Source: a virus (lineage: Duplodnaviria > Caudoviricetes). Taken from it: a stretch of DNA of 51,030 nucleotides. Within the stretch, counting starts at the first letter, position 1. Every line of letters starts with the position of its first letter. The stretch covers positions 1 through 51,030 of IMG/VR virus record IMGVR_UViG_3300020042_001510. One strand, written 5' to 3'. Made by a program: the position numbers and the translations under genes. This document shows positions 26,812-36,533 of the stretch, one piece after another. The notes beneath the pieces are model-generated. The model worked only from the letters and a program-made list of their open reading frames with translations, had not been told where the DNA came from and made no database searches.

Positions 26812-29072
26812 GCGCCCACCTTTGTTTTCAGTGTATCAAGCTCTTCACGCATACTGACTATAAGGGCTTGCTGTTCTTGGATGGCTTTAAATGCAACTGC
26901 CACCAATGAACCATAGTCAACGCCAAGCTGACGTTCAGGGTTGCCTGATACAACTTCGGGGATTATTTGCTGAAGCTCTTGGGCAACAAAACCAACATAA
27001 TCACCCTCTAAGTCGTTCATCTTGTAGCTTCTTGGCTGAGTGTTCATCACCGCAGACAAGCCATACTTAATGTCAACAATACTATTTTTTAATCTTGCAT
27101 CTGATGCGTTAATCCATGCACCAGCAGTATTCAAATAACCTTCATTTGAGCCGTTATAAAAATACAAATTGTTGTTGGTTGTCTCAACATACATCCTGCG
27201 CCATTGACCTGCTGTTGTTCCATAACCTGTAGCAATTCCAGCACTACCTGTGCTTTGAACAGTGAGCTTTGCTCCATTTATTGCGGCTGTAGCCCCCACC
27301 ATCAAGTTACCGCTGGCATCAAATCGACCATATTCTGCCGAGTAACCTTCAAAAGCTAAATAGCCGTTTCCAGTTCCTGCGGCGGTAAAAGCATATAACT
27401 TCATGCCACCTGAAGTATTACCGTTGGCAATGCCAAATATGCCATTTGTACCGCTTACTGAGGATGTGCCACCTGAAACATGAAGTTTGGTTGATGGCGA
27501 ACTCGTACCAATCCCCACATTACCAGCACTATCAATCCTGACAGACTCTACACCACCCTCAGAAAAAGCAATGGTGTCAGCGGCAGGGAAGAAGATACCT
27601 GTGTTGGTGTCGCCTGATGTAGTGATGGCAGGTGCTGCCGCTGAGCCAGCTTGCACTGTTGTCACGCCAGTAATAGTGACAGCACCATTCACTGTGCCGC
27701 CACTTACAGCACTCAGCGCATCAGCAACTGTAAAGCTCTTGAATGCAATGATGTCAATAATGTCGCCAGTACCAGCCGCCACTGTCAGCACAATGCTTGT
27801 GCCGTTGCTTGCCGTGTACTCGGATGTGTCCAGTGTTACGCCATTGCGATGTACTGCAATGTTGTTGACGGTGTAGGTCAGCGTGGCGCTTGCAGAGTCA
27901 GCACCGCTGAAGGTAGTCTGACCGCTTGTGGCAACATAGCGAAACCGCAGCAGTGAGGTAGCGCCAGCAGATGTGGCTGTGATCCAGCTCGCGCCGTCAT
28001 ACACCTTCATCACGTTCTGGGTTGTGCTGAAGTACAGAGCGCCAGCCACCAGTGCATTGCCGTCATTGTCTAGCGTTGGGTCTGATGTCTTTGTGCCAAG
28101 GTAGCGATCATCAAAGCTGTCCAAAGCAGAGGCGGCAGCGGCAGCAGAACTTGCGGCATTGGTTGCACTTGTGCTTGCATTGCTGGCGCTTGTTGCCGCA
28201 TTGCTCGCTTGGGTGCTTGCTGTGCTTGCTGAGTTGCTTGCATTCGTTTCGCTTGTTGCTGCATTGCTGGCAGACGTACTGGCAGCAGACGCAGAGCTTG
28301 CCGCATTGGTAGCTGATGTGCTGGCATTGCTGGCTTGGGTTGTCGCAGTGCTTGCAGATGCCGCCGCATTCGTGGCTGAAGTTGACGCACCGCTTGCGCT
28401 AGTAGACGCATTGCTGGCAGAGGTCGATGCGTTGCTGGCCTGAGTGCTTGCTGTGCTGGCAGATCCGCTTGCGGCAGATGCCGAACTGGACGCAGAGCTT
28501 GCGCTTGATGCCGCAGCCGTTGCGCTGTTGGCAGCGTTGGTTGCATAGGTCACAGCGTTGGCTACATCGGCTGCGCTGATACCAATTGCTGGGTTACCGT
28601 TGGCATCAAAAGCTAGCGTCTTGTTGGCACGGTCTGCCTTGCGTGGCAGGGTCATGTTGATGCTGGTTGGATCTGTCTGTGGTGCTTGCAGTGATCGTGT
28701 CAAACCTTCTGCATTCTGCTGTGCAAAGATGGTCTGCTGATCCATCTCGTCATTGACAGTGTTGGCAAAGAAGTCGCCACCAGTTACAAAGTCAGTAGTA
28801 CGCTGAATGGTGCGGTTGCCGACAATGGCGTACTGGGTTGGGCTGAGTGGAGCCAAGGCCAAGCCAGTCGCTGTGATAGTCACCGAGCCGGTGCCATTTG
28901 CGTTGATGGTCACCGTGTAGTGCGTAGTCAAGGTGAGCAGCACATCGTCCTTGTACACGGCGATGTCGGTGTTGGCCAAGATCTCAAAGGTGAACGCATA
29001 CGGGCCAGCGCCACCAGCGCCACTTGGCGCATACACTGCTCGGCGGGTTACGTTACTGATTGGTACTGGCAT
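26808..29072 (-). CDS. Long tail fibre with C-terminal intramolecular chaperone
   Basis: T7 gp17-like N-terminal anchor, Ala/Ser/Thr coiled repeat, GDTNTGIFFPAAD, GNVGIGTSSP, SDARLK...GFVAQE (peptidase S74-type). Confidence 0.9.
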   Translation of the reverse strand: MPVPISNVTRRAVYAPSGAGGAGPYAFTFEILANTDIAVYKDDVLLTLTTHYTVTINANGTGSVTITATGLALAPLSPTQYAIVGNRTIQRTTDFVTGGDFFANTVNDEMDQQTIFAQQNAEGLTRSLQAPQTDPTSINMTLPRKADRANKTLAFDANGNPAIGISAADVANAVTYATNAANSATAAASSASSASSSASAASGSASTASTQASNASTSASNASTSASGASTSATNAAASASTATTQASNASTSATNAASSASAASTSASNAATSETNASNSASTASTQASNAATSASNASTSATNAASSAAAAASALDSFDDRYLGTKTSDPTLDNDGNALVAGALYFSTTQNVMKVYDGASWITATSAGATSLLRFRYVATSGQTTFSGADSASATLTYTVNNIAVHRNGVTLDTSEYTASNGTSIVLTVAAGTGDIIDIIAFKSFTVADALSAVSGGTVNGAVTITGVTTVQAGSAAAPAITTSGDTNTGIFFPAADTIAFSEGGVESVRIDSAGNVGIGTSSPSTKLHVSGGTSSVSGTNGIFGIANGNTSGGMKLYAFTAAGTGNGYLAFEGYSAEYGRFDASGNLMVGATAAINGAKLTVQSTGSAGIATGYGTTAGQWRRMYVETTNNNLYFYNGSNEGYLNTAGAWINASDARLKNSIVDIKYGLSAVMNTQPRSYKMNDLEGDYVGFVAQELQQIIPEVVSGNPERQLGVDYGSLVAVAFKAIQEQQALIVSMREELDTLKTKVGA
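28120..28560 (-). repeat. Degenerate Ala/Ser/Thr/Asn repeats in tail-fibre shaft
   Basis: Repeated ASTASTQASNASTSA-type units. Confidence 0.85.
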
Positions 29073-29105
29073 GATGCAATCCTTCCTATTGGAAATTGTA
29101 CTTTT

Positions 29106-31955
29106 TTAATCGGGTTTGTAATAGAGGCCATTAGCTTTTTTAAGCTCTTTAAGCTCATCAATTTTGAATTGCAATGTTGGGTCTTCAGCCTTGAGCTGGT
29201 TCTTTGCATAGTCCATGTATTTGGAATGCACGCGCTGCACAGTCTTTTGCTGGTCATCCAGCGATGTCAGGTCAAAGCCGGGTGTCTGCATGATGTTCAA
29301 GATCTCATCTTTGCTTGGTAATTCTTTGCCGTAGATAGTCAGCAGCCGGTTGTACTGGAATGCATCAATCTCAACCCCGTCAATCTTGCGGTCGGGCATG
29401 CCAATGGGTGAACCCATGCGCACCAGCAAGTCATCCACCTCAGAGAACTGCTGCGGTGTCACGCGGGTTGGCAGCACCAGTTCGTAAACTGCGCCGGTGC
29501 CGGACTTTGTTTCGTCGCCCCACAGGTTTAAGGTTGCAGGCAGGTCTGCGTTGAAGTAAGGTATGCGCGACTTGTACTTGTTAAACGCTTCGACAAAGCC
29601 ACGCACACCCATAGGCAGCTCTGGGCTGGCGCGGGTATCTTTGTTGGTTGGATCAGACAAGCGCTCAATGCCAGCCAGCAAAGAGCTGTAGACACCAGCT
29701 GGTGAGCCGCCAATCACAAAGCCACCAAACTGTTTGACCAAACCGTCCACAATTTTTTTGCCGTCCACAGTGCCCTGCTGGGTGGTGCCAAGCAGCTTAG
29801 CTACCTCGGCCACGCCCTGCAGATAAGGCTGCTCTTTGAGGTATTCATATAAGCCGTAGGTACCGCCAAGGAAAACCTCTTCGATCTTGCTGGCATCGGT
29901 CTCATGCTGGGCGTATTCAGCGTAGTCAGCGGCCACAGCCAGCAGCGCAGAGACCGGCTCCATACCGCTGTAGCTGTAGTACTTGTCGCCCACCTTGATG
30001 GAGTAGGGCTGCCAGCCATCGCGCATCAATGCATCACGGTCGGCCTTGCGAGCTGGGCCTCTCCCGGTAATGCTGCCCTCGCCAGCCAAAGCCGCAAAGG
30101 TGGCCAGCACGCCAGATCCAAGGGTCACCTTGGCCAAGGCCATGTCGCGGTACACGCCGCCCTTGGCGATCTCCTCGCGCCACTGCGAAGACAGCGGGGC
30201 AAACGGGGTGCGCTCAATGACCTGCAAACCAATGTTGGCTGGGGTCTTAAAGAACGGCACCACAATCTTGAGCGCTGGGTGGTTGAACGTCTGCTGCAGG
30301 TTCTTGAGGGCTGGCGGCAGTTCGCTTGTAAAGGTGCCCTTTTGAGCAAACAGTGCAGCGGCCTCGTCCAAGTCACGGGGCGGGTTCTGAAACAAGCTGA
30401 TAGCTTCGGCCTCGGCCTTGGCCAGCGCATCCGCTTCCGGCATGCCAGAGTCGAGCGCCTCGCGGTAGATCGACTTGCTGCGTCGAGTGATCTGGGTGTT
30501 GAGCTCCATGCGGTAGAGCACGCCCTTGAAGAACTCATCCTCGGCCATCAGGAACCGGCCCGGCAAAGTGACCGCTGTGCCGTAGTAATCGATGGCCTTG
30601 CCCAGCCATTTATCCTGCTCAATGCCAAAGCCAGCCGAGCTGATGGACGGCAGGGTGGTGCCCCGCTGCGCCTCGATCTTGCTCATCAGGTCGTTGGGTT
30701 GATTCTTCTTGAATGCGGTGCTGGCCAAATCAAAGCCTTCAACCAGCCCGTTGCGTAGCGACTGGATCATGGTCAGCGCTTCGTCATAGGCGATCTTGTC
30801 GGCCTCGCTGCCGGGCACCAGCGCCTTGAATGAGCGCACGCCGGGTGGCAGCACGTTGCTGTAGAAGGCAGCCATCAACCGCTCTGGTATTTGATACAAG
30901 CCAAAGGTGGTGTTAGACACTATGTTCTTGGCATGCGACACAGGGCTAGACAGCAAGCCGTTGATGTAGGTGGTGAACCACACATCCTTCAAACCCGACA
31001 TGGTTGACTTCTCAACCATAGAGTTGCGAGCCGCACGCGATTCCAGCGTCAGATAAGACTTAGCCATATCAGACAGGGCTGCGTCGCCACCGTATTCGTC
31101 AATCACTTGGCGCACCACGGCAGCATTGCCATCGCGGGGAATGCGGAACACAGCCAGCGATCTGGCGGTCTCAGTCTGGATGCCCTTGACACCGCGCTGG
31201 ATCAGGCCGTGGAAGGCGATCTGCTGGCGCAGTTTGAGTTTGTCCACATCGGTGGCCGTGCCGCTGTTGACCATCTTGAATAGCTTGTCGAGCTCGTTGG
31301 CGCTGGACTCCAGCACCTCAAGCGCTTTGTAGGTCTCGACCGCGTTGGCCATCATGCGACCATCGCTGCCGATCAGACGGGACAAGAAGCCCTCACTGAT
31401 GCCAGACTCTGCTGCCTTGTCCTTGATCTCTTGGAACGTGACGGCCTTGGTTCTGATATTGAGCGCATCAGCCACACCGCCCACAATGGCAGCTGCGTCT
31501 TCGGTCTGGTAGCGCGACAGGTTGAAGGGCTCATCGGGTGTGCCGCCGGGCTTGCCCTGAGTAATGCCAAAGGTTTGACGGCGACTGACAGCACGGCCAA
31601 CTTCATCGGTCAAGACTTGATCAGCCTCTGGGATCAGCTTGAACCGGCCAGCCTTGGCAGCTTCTGGCATTTCACCGGGCAATGCACGGGCAGCTTCTGG
31701 CACCAAGTTGCGCTCGGCCTTGGTGGCCTGCCGGGTGATCAGCTTGCGGATGGCGGCATCAACGGGGCCAGCTACTTGGATGCCTTCATCCATGCTTGGT
31801 GTGCCAAGCTCAGCAGTCAAAGGCATTTCAGCATCAGCGCTTTGATCAGCGCCGGGCATTGGCTCTAATGGGATATCTTCGGCTGGTGTGCTTGGTGCCA
31901 CATCGGGCAGGATCTGGCCAAGTCGTTGTTCAAGAGGGCTTTTTTGAATGGCCAT
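29106..31955 (-). CDS. Large internal virion (ejection) protein, set B
   Basis: INGLLS, DEFFKG, PFFKTPANI, GSITGRGP, YYSYSGMEP; synteny before tail fibre. Confidence 0.8.
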   Translation of the reverse strand: MAIQKSPLEQRLGQILPDVAPSTPAEDIPLEPMPGADQSADAEMPLTAELGTPSMDEGIQVAGPVDAAIRKLITRQATKAERNLVPEAARALPGEMPEAAKAGRFKLIPEADQVLTDEVGRAVSRRQTFGITQGKPGGTPDEPFNLSRYQTEDAAAIVGGVADALNIRTKAVTFQEIKDKAAESGISEGFLSRLIGSDGRMMANAVETYKALEVLESSANELDKLFKMVNSGTATDVDKLKLRQQIAFHGLIQRGVKGIQTETARSLAVFRIPRDGNAAVVRQVIDEYGGDAALSDMAKSYLTLESRAARNSMVEKSTMSGLKDVWFTTYINGLLSSPVSHAKNIVSNTTFGLYQIPERLMAAFYSNVLPPGVRSFKALVPGSEADKIAYDEALTMIQSLRNGLVEGFDLASTAFKKNQPNDLMSKIEAQRGTTLPSISSAGFGIEQDKWLGKAIDYYGTAVTLPGRFLMAEDEFFKGVLYRMELNTQITRRSKSIYREALDSGMPEADALAKAEAEAISLFQNPPRDLDEAAALFAQKGTFTSELPPALKNLQQTFNHPALKIVVPFFKTPANIGLQVIERTPFAPLSSQWREEIAKGGVYRDMALAKVTLGSGVLATFAALAGEGSITGRGPARKADRDALMRDGWQPYSIKVGDKYYSYSGMEPVSALLAVAADYAEYAQHETDASKIEEVFLGGTYGLYEYLKEQPYLQGVAEVAKLLGTTQQGTVDGKKIVDGLVKQFGGFVIGGSPAGVYSSLLAGIERLSDPTNKDTRASPELPMGVRGFVEAFNKYKSRIPYFNADLPATLNLWGDETKSGTGAVYELVLPTRVTPQQFSEVDDLLVRMGSPIGMPDRKIDGVEIDAFQYNRLLTIYGKELPSKDEILNIMQTPGFDLTSLDDQQKTVQRVHSKYMDYAKNQLKAEDPTLQFKIDELKELKKANGLYYKPD

Positions 31956-34762
31956 TATTCAGCTCCAGAGGTTGGAGCTGCACCGCCCCGTTTTACTGTT
32001 GACGATTTGCTACTGGTTGTCTTTTTACGGAGCCTGTTAGATACAGCTCTTGTGAAGTCTTGCCCGACTTCTCCGCTTGGATTTGGTTGCGCAACATCTG
32101 CACCAGTGGGTCTTGCTCCCCCTTGCGTTGGATTAGCCTGTCCAGCTGTTCTTGTAAGGTACTCATCGTAATCACCCCTAAAGTAGACCTTGGTATCGTA
32201 GAAAACCAATCGGGCATCAGACACGTTGCCCTCTTTGATTATATCGCCAACAATGTCTTGGAACAGATCTTCTTTTTCTTGCATGATTTTGGCTTGGTCA
32301 GCCGCGCTAAACGCATCATCAAATTCAGGAATGTACTGAAAACGTAGTCCATTTAAACCTGCGGTTTCAGCTCCACCTGCGCGAGCCTGTACATTGATGC
32401 GGTCATTGAATCGCATGTCTGTCACATAGGTAAACCCATCAACACCATACTGGCGCAGCTTTGCTGTGACCGCAGCCATTTGATCTGGGGTCATCTTTTG
32501 CTTGAAGTAGATTTCAACGCCGGGTCTTGCATTTGGACTTGCGCCGTCTGGGACTACTTTAGAAATAAAGACGGCATCTTGGTCGTAGGCCTTGCCTTGC
32601 TCAACCATGCGACGTTCAAGCGATGATGGATTGAAGTTTTGACGCACAACAAATTCGGCATTTAAAGCTCGCTCTGTATCTCCCATAAAGGAGCCATATG
32701 TGTTGGCCAAGTTATATGTGACAACACTTGCGTCATCACGCACAACGTCATCAAATTCAGCGGCCAGCTCGGCCTGCGCATAGTTGCTCATTGGTTTGCC
32801 GGGCCGCTCACCAGAGACACCAAGCGTGTATCGCTCAACATCTGACTGCATGCCTGCCAATTGCTGCTGCTTGGCTGCTTTGTTTGCATCAAATGCGACT
32901 TTTGCTTCTTGAACGCGCTTGGAATAATCAGCGTCTGATTCTGTTTTGCGTTGTGTTGGTGGCTTAAATCCAGCATTTATTTCACGGCGCAGATCTTTGA
33001 TGGCCGTTTGATCTGGAGCGCCAGCCAATGACATTTCATAGTCAAGCGATCCACCTTCACCGGCCTTGGTTGTCCAGCCGTTCTTGGTCCAATTTTCTTT
33101 TTCAATAAACCATGCAACTGCTTGCAAGTCATCTGGTCCAAGATCTCCGATTTGAGGCGCAACACTTTTCAGAATTCCGCTGTTGTTGATTTCGTCTGCA
33201 GCTTCGCGGAATACATCTTGGCCAAACCCGAATTCGCTGCCAACCTTTGGGTCGTACAAAGAAGAGCCAACCAAGTGCTTTCCAGCCACGCCCTTTTCAG
33301 CAGGTGGTGGGATGCGCGGCAAATCAGCCAGTCTGCGCAACATGCGTGCGGCCCACACATCAACAGTTGCTTCTTTTGTCAGGCCAATCAAATTGCCTGT
33401 GAAGTTTGGAGTTTTTGGAGAGTCGCCAGTTTTGATTGATCGGAACATGTCCATCAAAGCACCCATAGACGATGGGCTGTTTGCATTGAACAATTGACCG
33501 CTGGCTTTTGTAATCAGCGGAAATTCACCGCTCTTGTGCATCTCTGTCAAAGTCTTGCCATCAATAGGCTTGCCAGATGCAATGCGCTTTTCAAATGCAG
33601 CAAGCTCATTGTCATACTCGCCACGGCTGAACCTGCGCAATATCTCAACAGCGTTGTCAAAGTTTTGCTCAACGCCAGTCTGAGCTGAAGTTGTGCCAAG
33701 CACATCAGCAAACACATCGGCAGTGCCGCCAAACTCTGCGCGTAATCTGTCACGCATTGATCGATACCAGCTGGCTTGGCTCAAGATATCAATTGCAGAC
33801 TGATCTCCTGATGCCGCACGGTTTACCACAGCTTGCACCTCATCCACCAAGCCAGATGACAATGTCGCTTGCCATGCTTCTTTTGGCACGCCTTCTGGCG
33901 GCGTGTGGAAGTCATAAGGAATTTTGGTTGTCTCTATCTCAGCCAAATTGTCGCCAGCTTTGCTTGTTTTAAAGGTGATCTTGTTTGCCTCAATAGGGGT
34001 CCAACCTTCTGCAACAGGATAATTGGAATGCAATCCTTCAACAGCTTTTGTTGCTGTTTGACGTAACTCTTGATTGCGTTTGCCGGCAGCAATGACCGCG
34101 CTCTTTTCTTGGCGGGTAAGTTGTATTGGTGCTTGCGTGGCGCTTGGGCCGGGCTGCACAATGCCCAACCCGCGCACAGGTGCTCCAAATTTCTCAGCGC
34201 CTTGGATGATCATCTCTGCAGCTTTTGGGACCAAAGGTTTGCCAGCCTTAACTGTTCCAGCTACTCCGGGCACCATGCCAAGCACAGCACCCCCAGCTTG
34301 CAATGCAGCCGTACCATAGTCGCCACGTTTGGCAGACTCAATTGATTCACCACCCATGATGGCCGCTTCTTCAGTCTGCAACCCTGTACCCAAAAATGGC
34401 ACAAAGTCAGCCAAGCCTATATTCAGCGGCAGGTTGCTACTGCCACCGCCAATCAGAGTCTGAGCGTTCTGGCGAGCCTTGTAGCGATCCATGCCCAAGC
34501 CCTCAAAGCTGGACTGCAACACACTTGCCAAGCGCTCACGCACGGTTGGCTCAATAGCTTTCATGCTGTCTGGATAACGGCCACTGTAGGCCTGCTCTGG
34601 CAAATTACGCGACCCAACCTCGGCCAGCATCACATCACCTTCTTGTCTGCCGGGCATGGTCTGCTCTGGCATGTCAGCCGACACAGGCTCAACCGGCATG
34701 TCAGGAAATTGAAACGCGGTTAAAGCAGAAAGGTACTTGTCTTCAATTGGACTGTAGGCCAT
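31955..34762 (-). CDS. Polyvalent internal virion protein (HhH glycosylase-like + SAM-lyase-like domains, predicted)
   Basis: In the ejection-gene cluster; LADFVPFLG/GMVPG N-terminal module; WY..K.PNF.GNL..TVDVWAAR..LQAVAW; VSGERP..GSFMGDTE..GKAYDQDAV. Confidence 0.6.
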   Translation of the reverse strand: MAYSPIEDKYLSALTAFQFPDMPVEPVSADMPEQTMPGRQEGDVMLAEVGSRNLPEQAYSGRYPDSMKAIEPTVRERLASVLQSSFEGLGMDRYKARQNAQTLIGGGSSNLPLNIGLADFVPFLGTGLQTEEAAIMGGESIESAKRGDYGTAALQAGGAVLGMVPGVAGTVKAGKPLVPKAAEMIIQGAEKFGAPVRGLGIVQPGPSATQAPIQLTRQEKSAVIAAGKRNQELRQTATKAVEGLHSNYPVAEGWTPIEANKITFKTSKAGDNLAEIETTKIPYDFHTPPEGVPKEAWQATLSSGLVDEVQAVVNRAASGDQSAIDILSQASWYRSMRDRLRAEFGGTADVFADVLGTTSAQTGVEQNFDNAVEILRRFSRGEYDNELAAFEKRIASGKPIDGKTLTEMHKSGEFPLITKASGQLFNANSPSSMGALMDMFRSIKTGDSPKTPNFTGNLIGLTKEATVDVWAARMLRRLADLPRIPPPAEKGVAGKHLVGSSLYDPKVGSEFGFGQDVFREAADEINNSGILKSVAPQIGDLGPDDLQAVAWFIEKENWTKNGWTTKAGEGGSLDYEMSLAGAPDQTAIKDLRREINAGFKPPTQRKTESDADYSKRVQEAKVAFDANKAAKQQQLAGMQSDVERYTLGVSGERPGKPMSNYAQAELAAEFDDVVRDDASVVTYNLANTYGSFMGDTERALNAEFVVRQNFNPSSLERRMVEQGKAYDQDAVFISKVVPDGASPNARPGVEIYFKQKMTPDQMAAVTAKLRQYGVDGFTYVTDMRFNDRINVQARAGGAETAGLNGLRFQYIPEFDDAFSAADQAKIMQEKEDLFQDIVGDIIKEGNVSDARLVFYDTKVYFRGDYDEYLTRTAGQANPTQGGARPTGADVAQPNPSGEVGQDFTRAVSNRLRKKTTSSKSSTVKRGGAAPTSGAE

Positions 34763-36531
34763 TACTGCTCTCCATTTGCTTGACGCAACAATTGTTTAAT
34801 GCGATTTAACTCTTGCAGCTTTTTCTTGTCAGTGCCAGCTTTGCGCTCTAGAGCTGGCAGTGTGTTGTTGTTGATTGGCCCGTTAACCCACTCCAATTTT
34901 TCATACACTTCCAACGATTTTTTTGCAGCTTTAGCTGTTTCGGTGTTGCGAGTCTTGGCGATGTTGTCTTCCAACTGGGTCAGGATCTGGCGCGGTGTCA
35001 ACATCTTGCCTTCAGCCGCAGCTGCAGCTTGGATCTGCAAAGCCTGTGATTGCAACTGAGTGCGGCGCTTAAACTCCTCGCCCTTGGGATCGATCACCAC
35101 CACGCTGCCGGGTATCACAGGGATGCCAGCCAGCTGCGAAATGCCGCGATCAAGCTCTGAGCTTTCGCGCCGGTCTTCGCTTTGCAGCAACTTAAGAGCG
35201 GTCACCGCGTCCTTGCCGGTAATGCCTTTGCCGACCATTGACCAGATTTGATCTGGCCGCGTGATGGTGTTGTTGTAAATGCCAGCCAGCAAATTGAAAT
35301 TCAAAGCCTGATTAGACTCTGCTTCCTTTGGTGGTTTAGGTTCCAGCAAATCCTTGAGGATGCCAACAGGTACAGATCCCGGTGGTAAAGCGTTGAGCTG
35401 GGTAATGAGCTGCTGCTTCTTGGGACTACCATCTGGCAGTGGAAAGATCTGTTCCAACAAGTTGATGGCTTCAGCTTCACCAGCTCGCTTGGCATCTGCA
35501 ATCTTGGCATCTGCAATTGACTTCTTATAGTTGACTGCCACCATAAAGTTGGCGGTCACCTTGGCCACAGCATCAAAGTCATTCTTGATCAAATCTTGCA
35601 GCACAGGGCTCATGTTGCCGAGGTCGCCGGATTGTATTTTCTTCAGAGTTAAATCTGGATCAACCATATTCTCTGGAGCCATCAAAGTCTTGGTCACAGA
35701 GTTGATCTTGCCTGTGCGCAGCGCTGCTTCAAACTTGGTGCTGTACTCAATCTGCAATGCCTTATCGCCCAACAGCAAAGACTGGCTCAGCACGTTCTTA
35801 CGAAAGACATCAGCCAGCTCATCAATGGAACGCTGCTGGCCATTGGCATCAGTCCAACTTCCCTGAGAAATTGTTTGCTCAAGCAGCCGTATGCTGTTGT
35901 CAAAATCAGAGTCAAACTTGGCAATGCGTTGTGATTTGGCGCGGTCAAGCTCTGCCTTGTATGCAGCATTGAGCACGGTGTTGCCATGCGTGGCCATGGT
36001 TGCGCGGAACTTGATTGATGCCTCTGGGTCAATCTTTGCCAAAGACTTTGAGTAACCATCAGACATGGTCTGAACTTTTGCTGCGACTTGGGCAGAGTCA
36101 ATTTGACCAGACTCCACTTCAGACAACAGCTTTACCAACTCATTGCGGCCTTCAATCTCAAAATGGCCAGACAGCTCAAGGCTGCGAGCCTTGGCCACAG
36201 CTTGGTCAAAAAAGTTGAGCGAGCTGGTGCTGACAGATTCTGTTCGATTGGCACCCATGCCAAATGTCACGCCACCCTTGGCAGACTCAATCTGTTCTGT
36301 GGTCAATGGATTCTGGGCAGCAAACTGCAAGCCTTCTTGCTGGCGCATGACACCGGCAGTTTGGAATGCGCTGGCGCTCATGCGATCAAGAATCTGCGCA
36401 AGCTGGCTGGCACCTTGAGCAGCAACACGGGGCCCAATGAAATCAACCGACTGCTGCTGCGCTTGCACCATGGGCACACCGCCAGCTCCACGCAGTTGTA
36501 TTTGTCCTGATTCGATTCGTTGCGTTGCCAT
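34762..36531 (-). CDS. Internal virion protein (gp15-like position), set B
   Basis: Helical Gln/Ala-rich protein; synteny. Confidence 0.7.
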   Translation of the reverse strand: MATQRIESGQIQLRGAGGVPMVQAQQQSVDFIGPRVAAQGASQLAQILDRMSASAFQTAGVMRQQEGLQFAAQNPLTTEQIESAKGGVTFGMGANRTESVSTSSLNFFDQAVAKARSLELSGHFEIEGRNELVKLLSEVESGQIDSAQVAAKVQTMSDGYSKSLAKIDPEASIKFRATMATHGNTVLNAAYKAELDRAKSQRIAKFDSDFDNSIRLLEQTISQGSWTDANGQQRSIDELADVFRKNVLSQSLLLGDKALQIEYSTKFEAALRTGKINSVTKTLMAPENMVDPDLTLKKIQSGDLGNMSPVLQDLIKNDFDAVAKVTANFMVAVNYKKSIADAKIADAKRAGEAEAINLLEQIFPLPDGSPKKQQLITQLNALPPGSVPVGILKDLLEPKPPKEAESNQALNFNLLAGIYNNTITRPDQIWSMVGKGITGKDAVTALKLLQSEDRRESSELDRGISQLAGIPVIPGSVVVIDPKGEEFKRRTQLQSQALQIQAAAAAEGKMLTPRQILTQLEDNIAKTRNTETAKAAKKSLEVYEKLEWVNGPINNNTLPALERKAGTDKKKLQELNRIKQLLRQANGEQ

Positions 36532-36533
36532 GC

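Noticed and set aside
28120-28560. Repetitive DNA as a possible array or DGR target
   Set aside because: Explained by Ala/Ser fibre-shaft repeats; no reverse transcriptase or adenine-specific TR/VR pair seen
29904-30758. 284-aa + strand ORF and many similar + strand ORFs in 27000-50900
   Set aside because: All antisense to well-supported structural genes; composition typical of reverse-frame shadows
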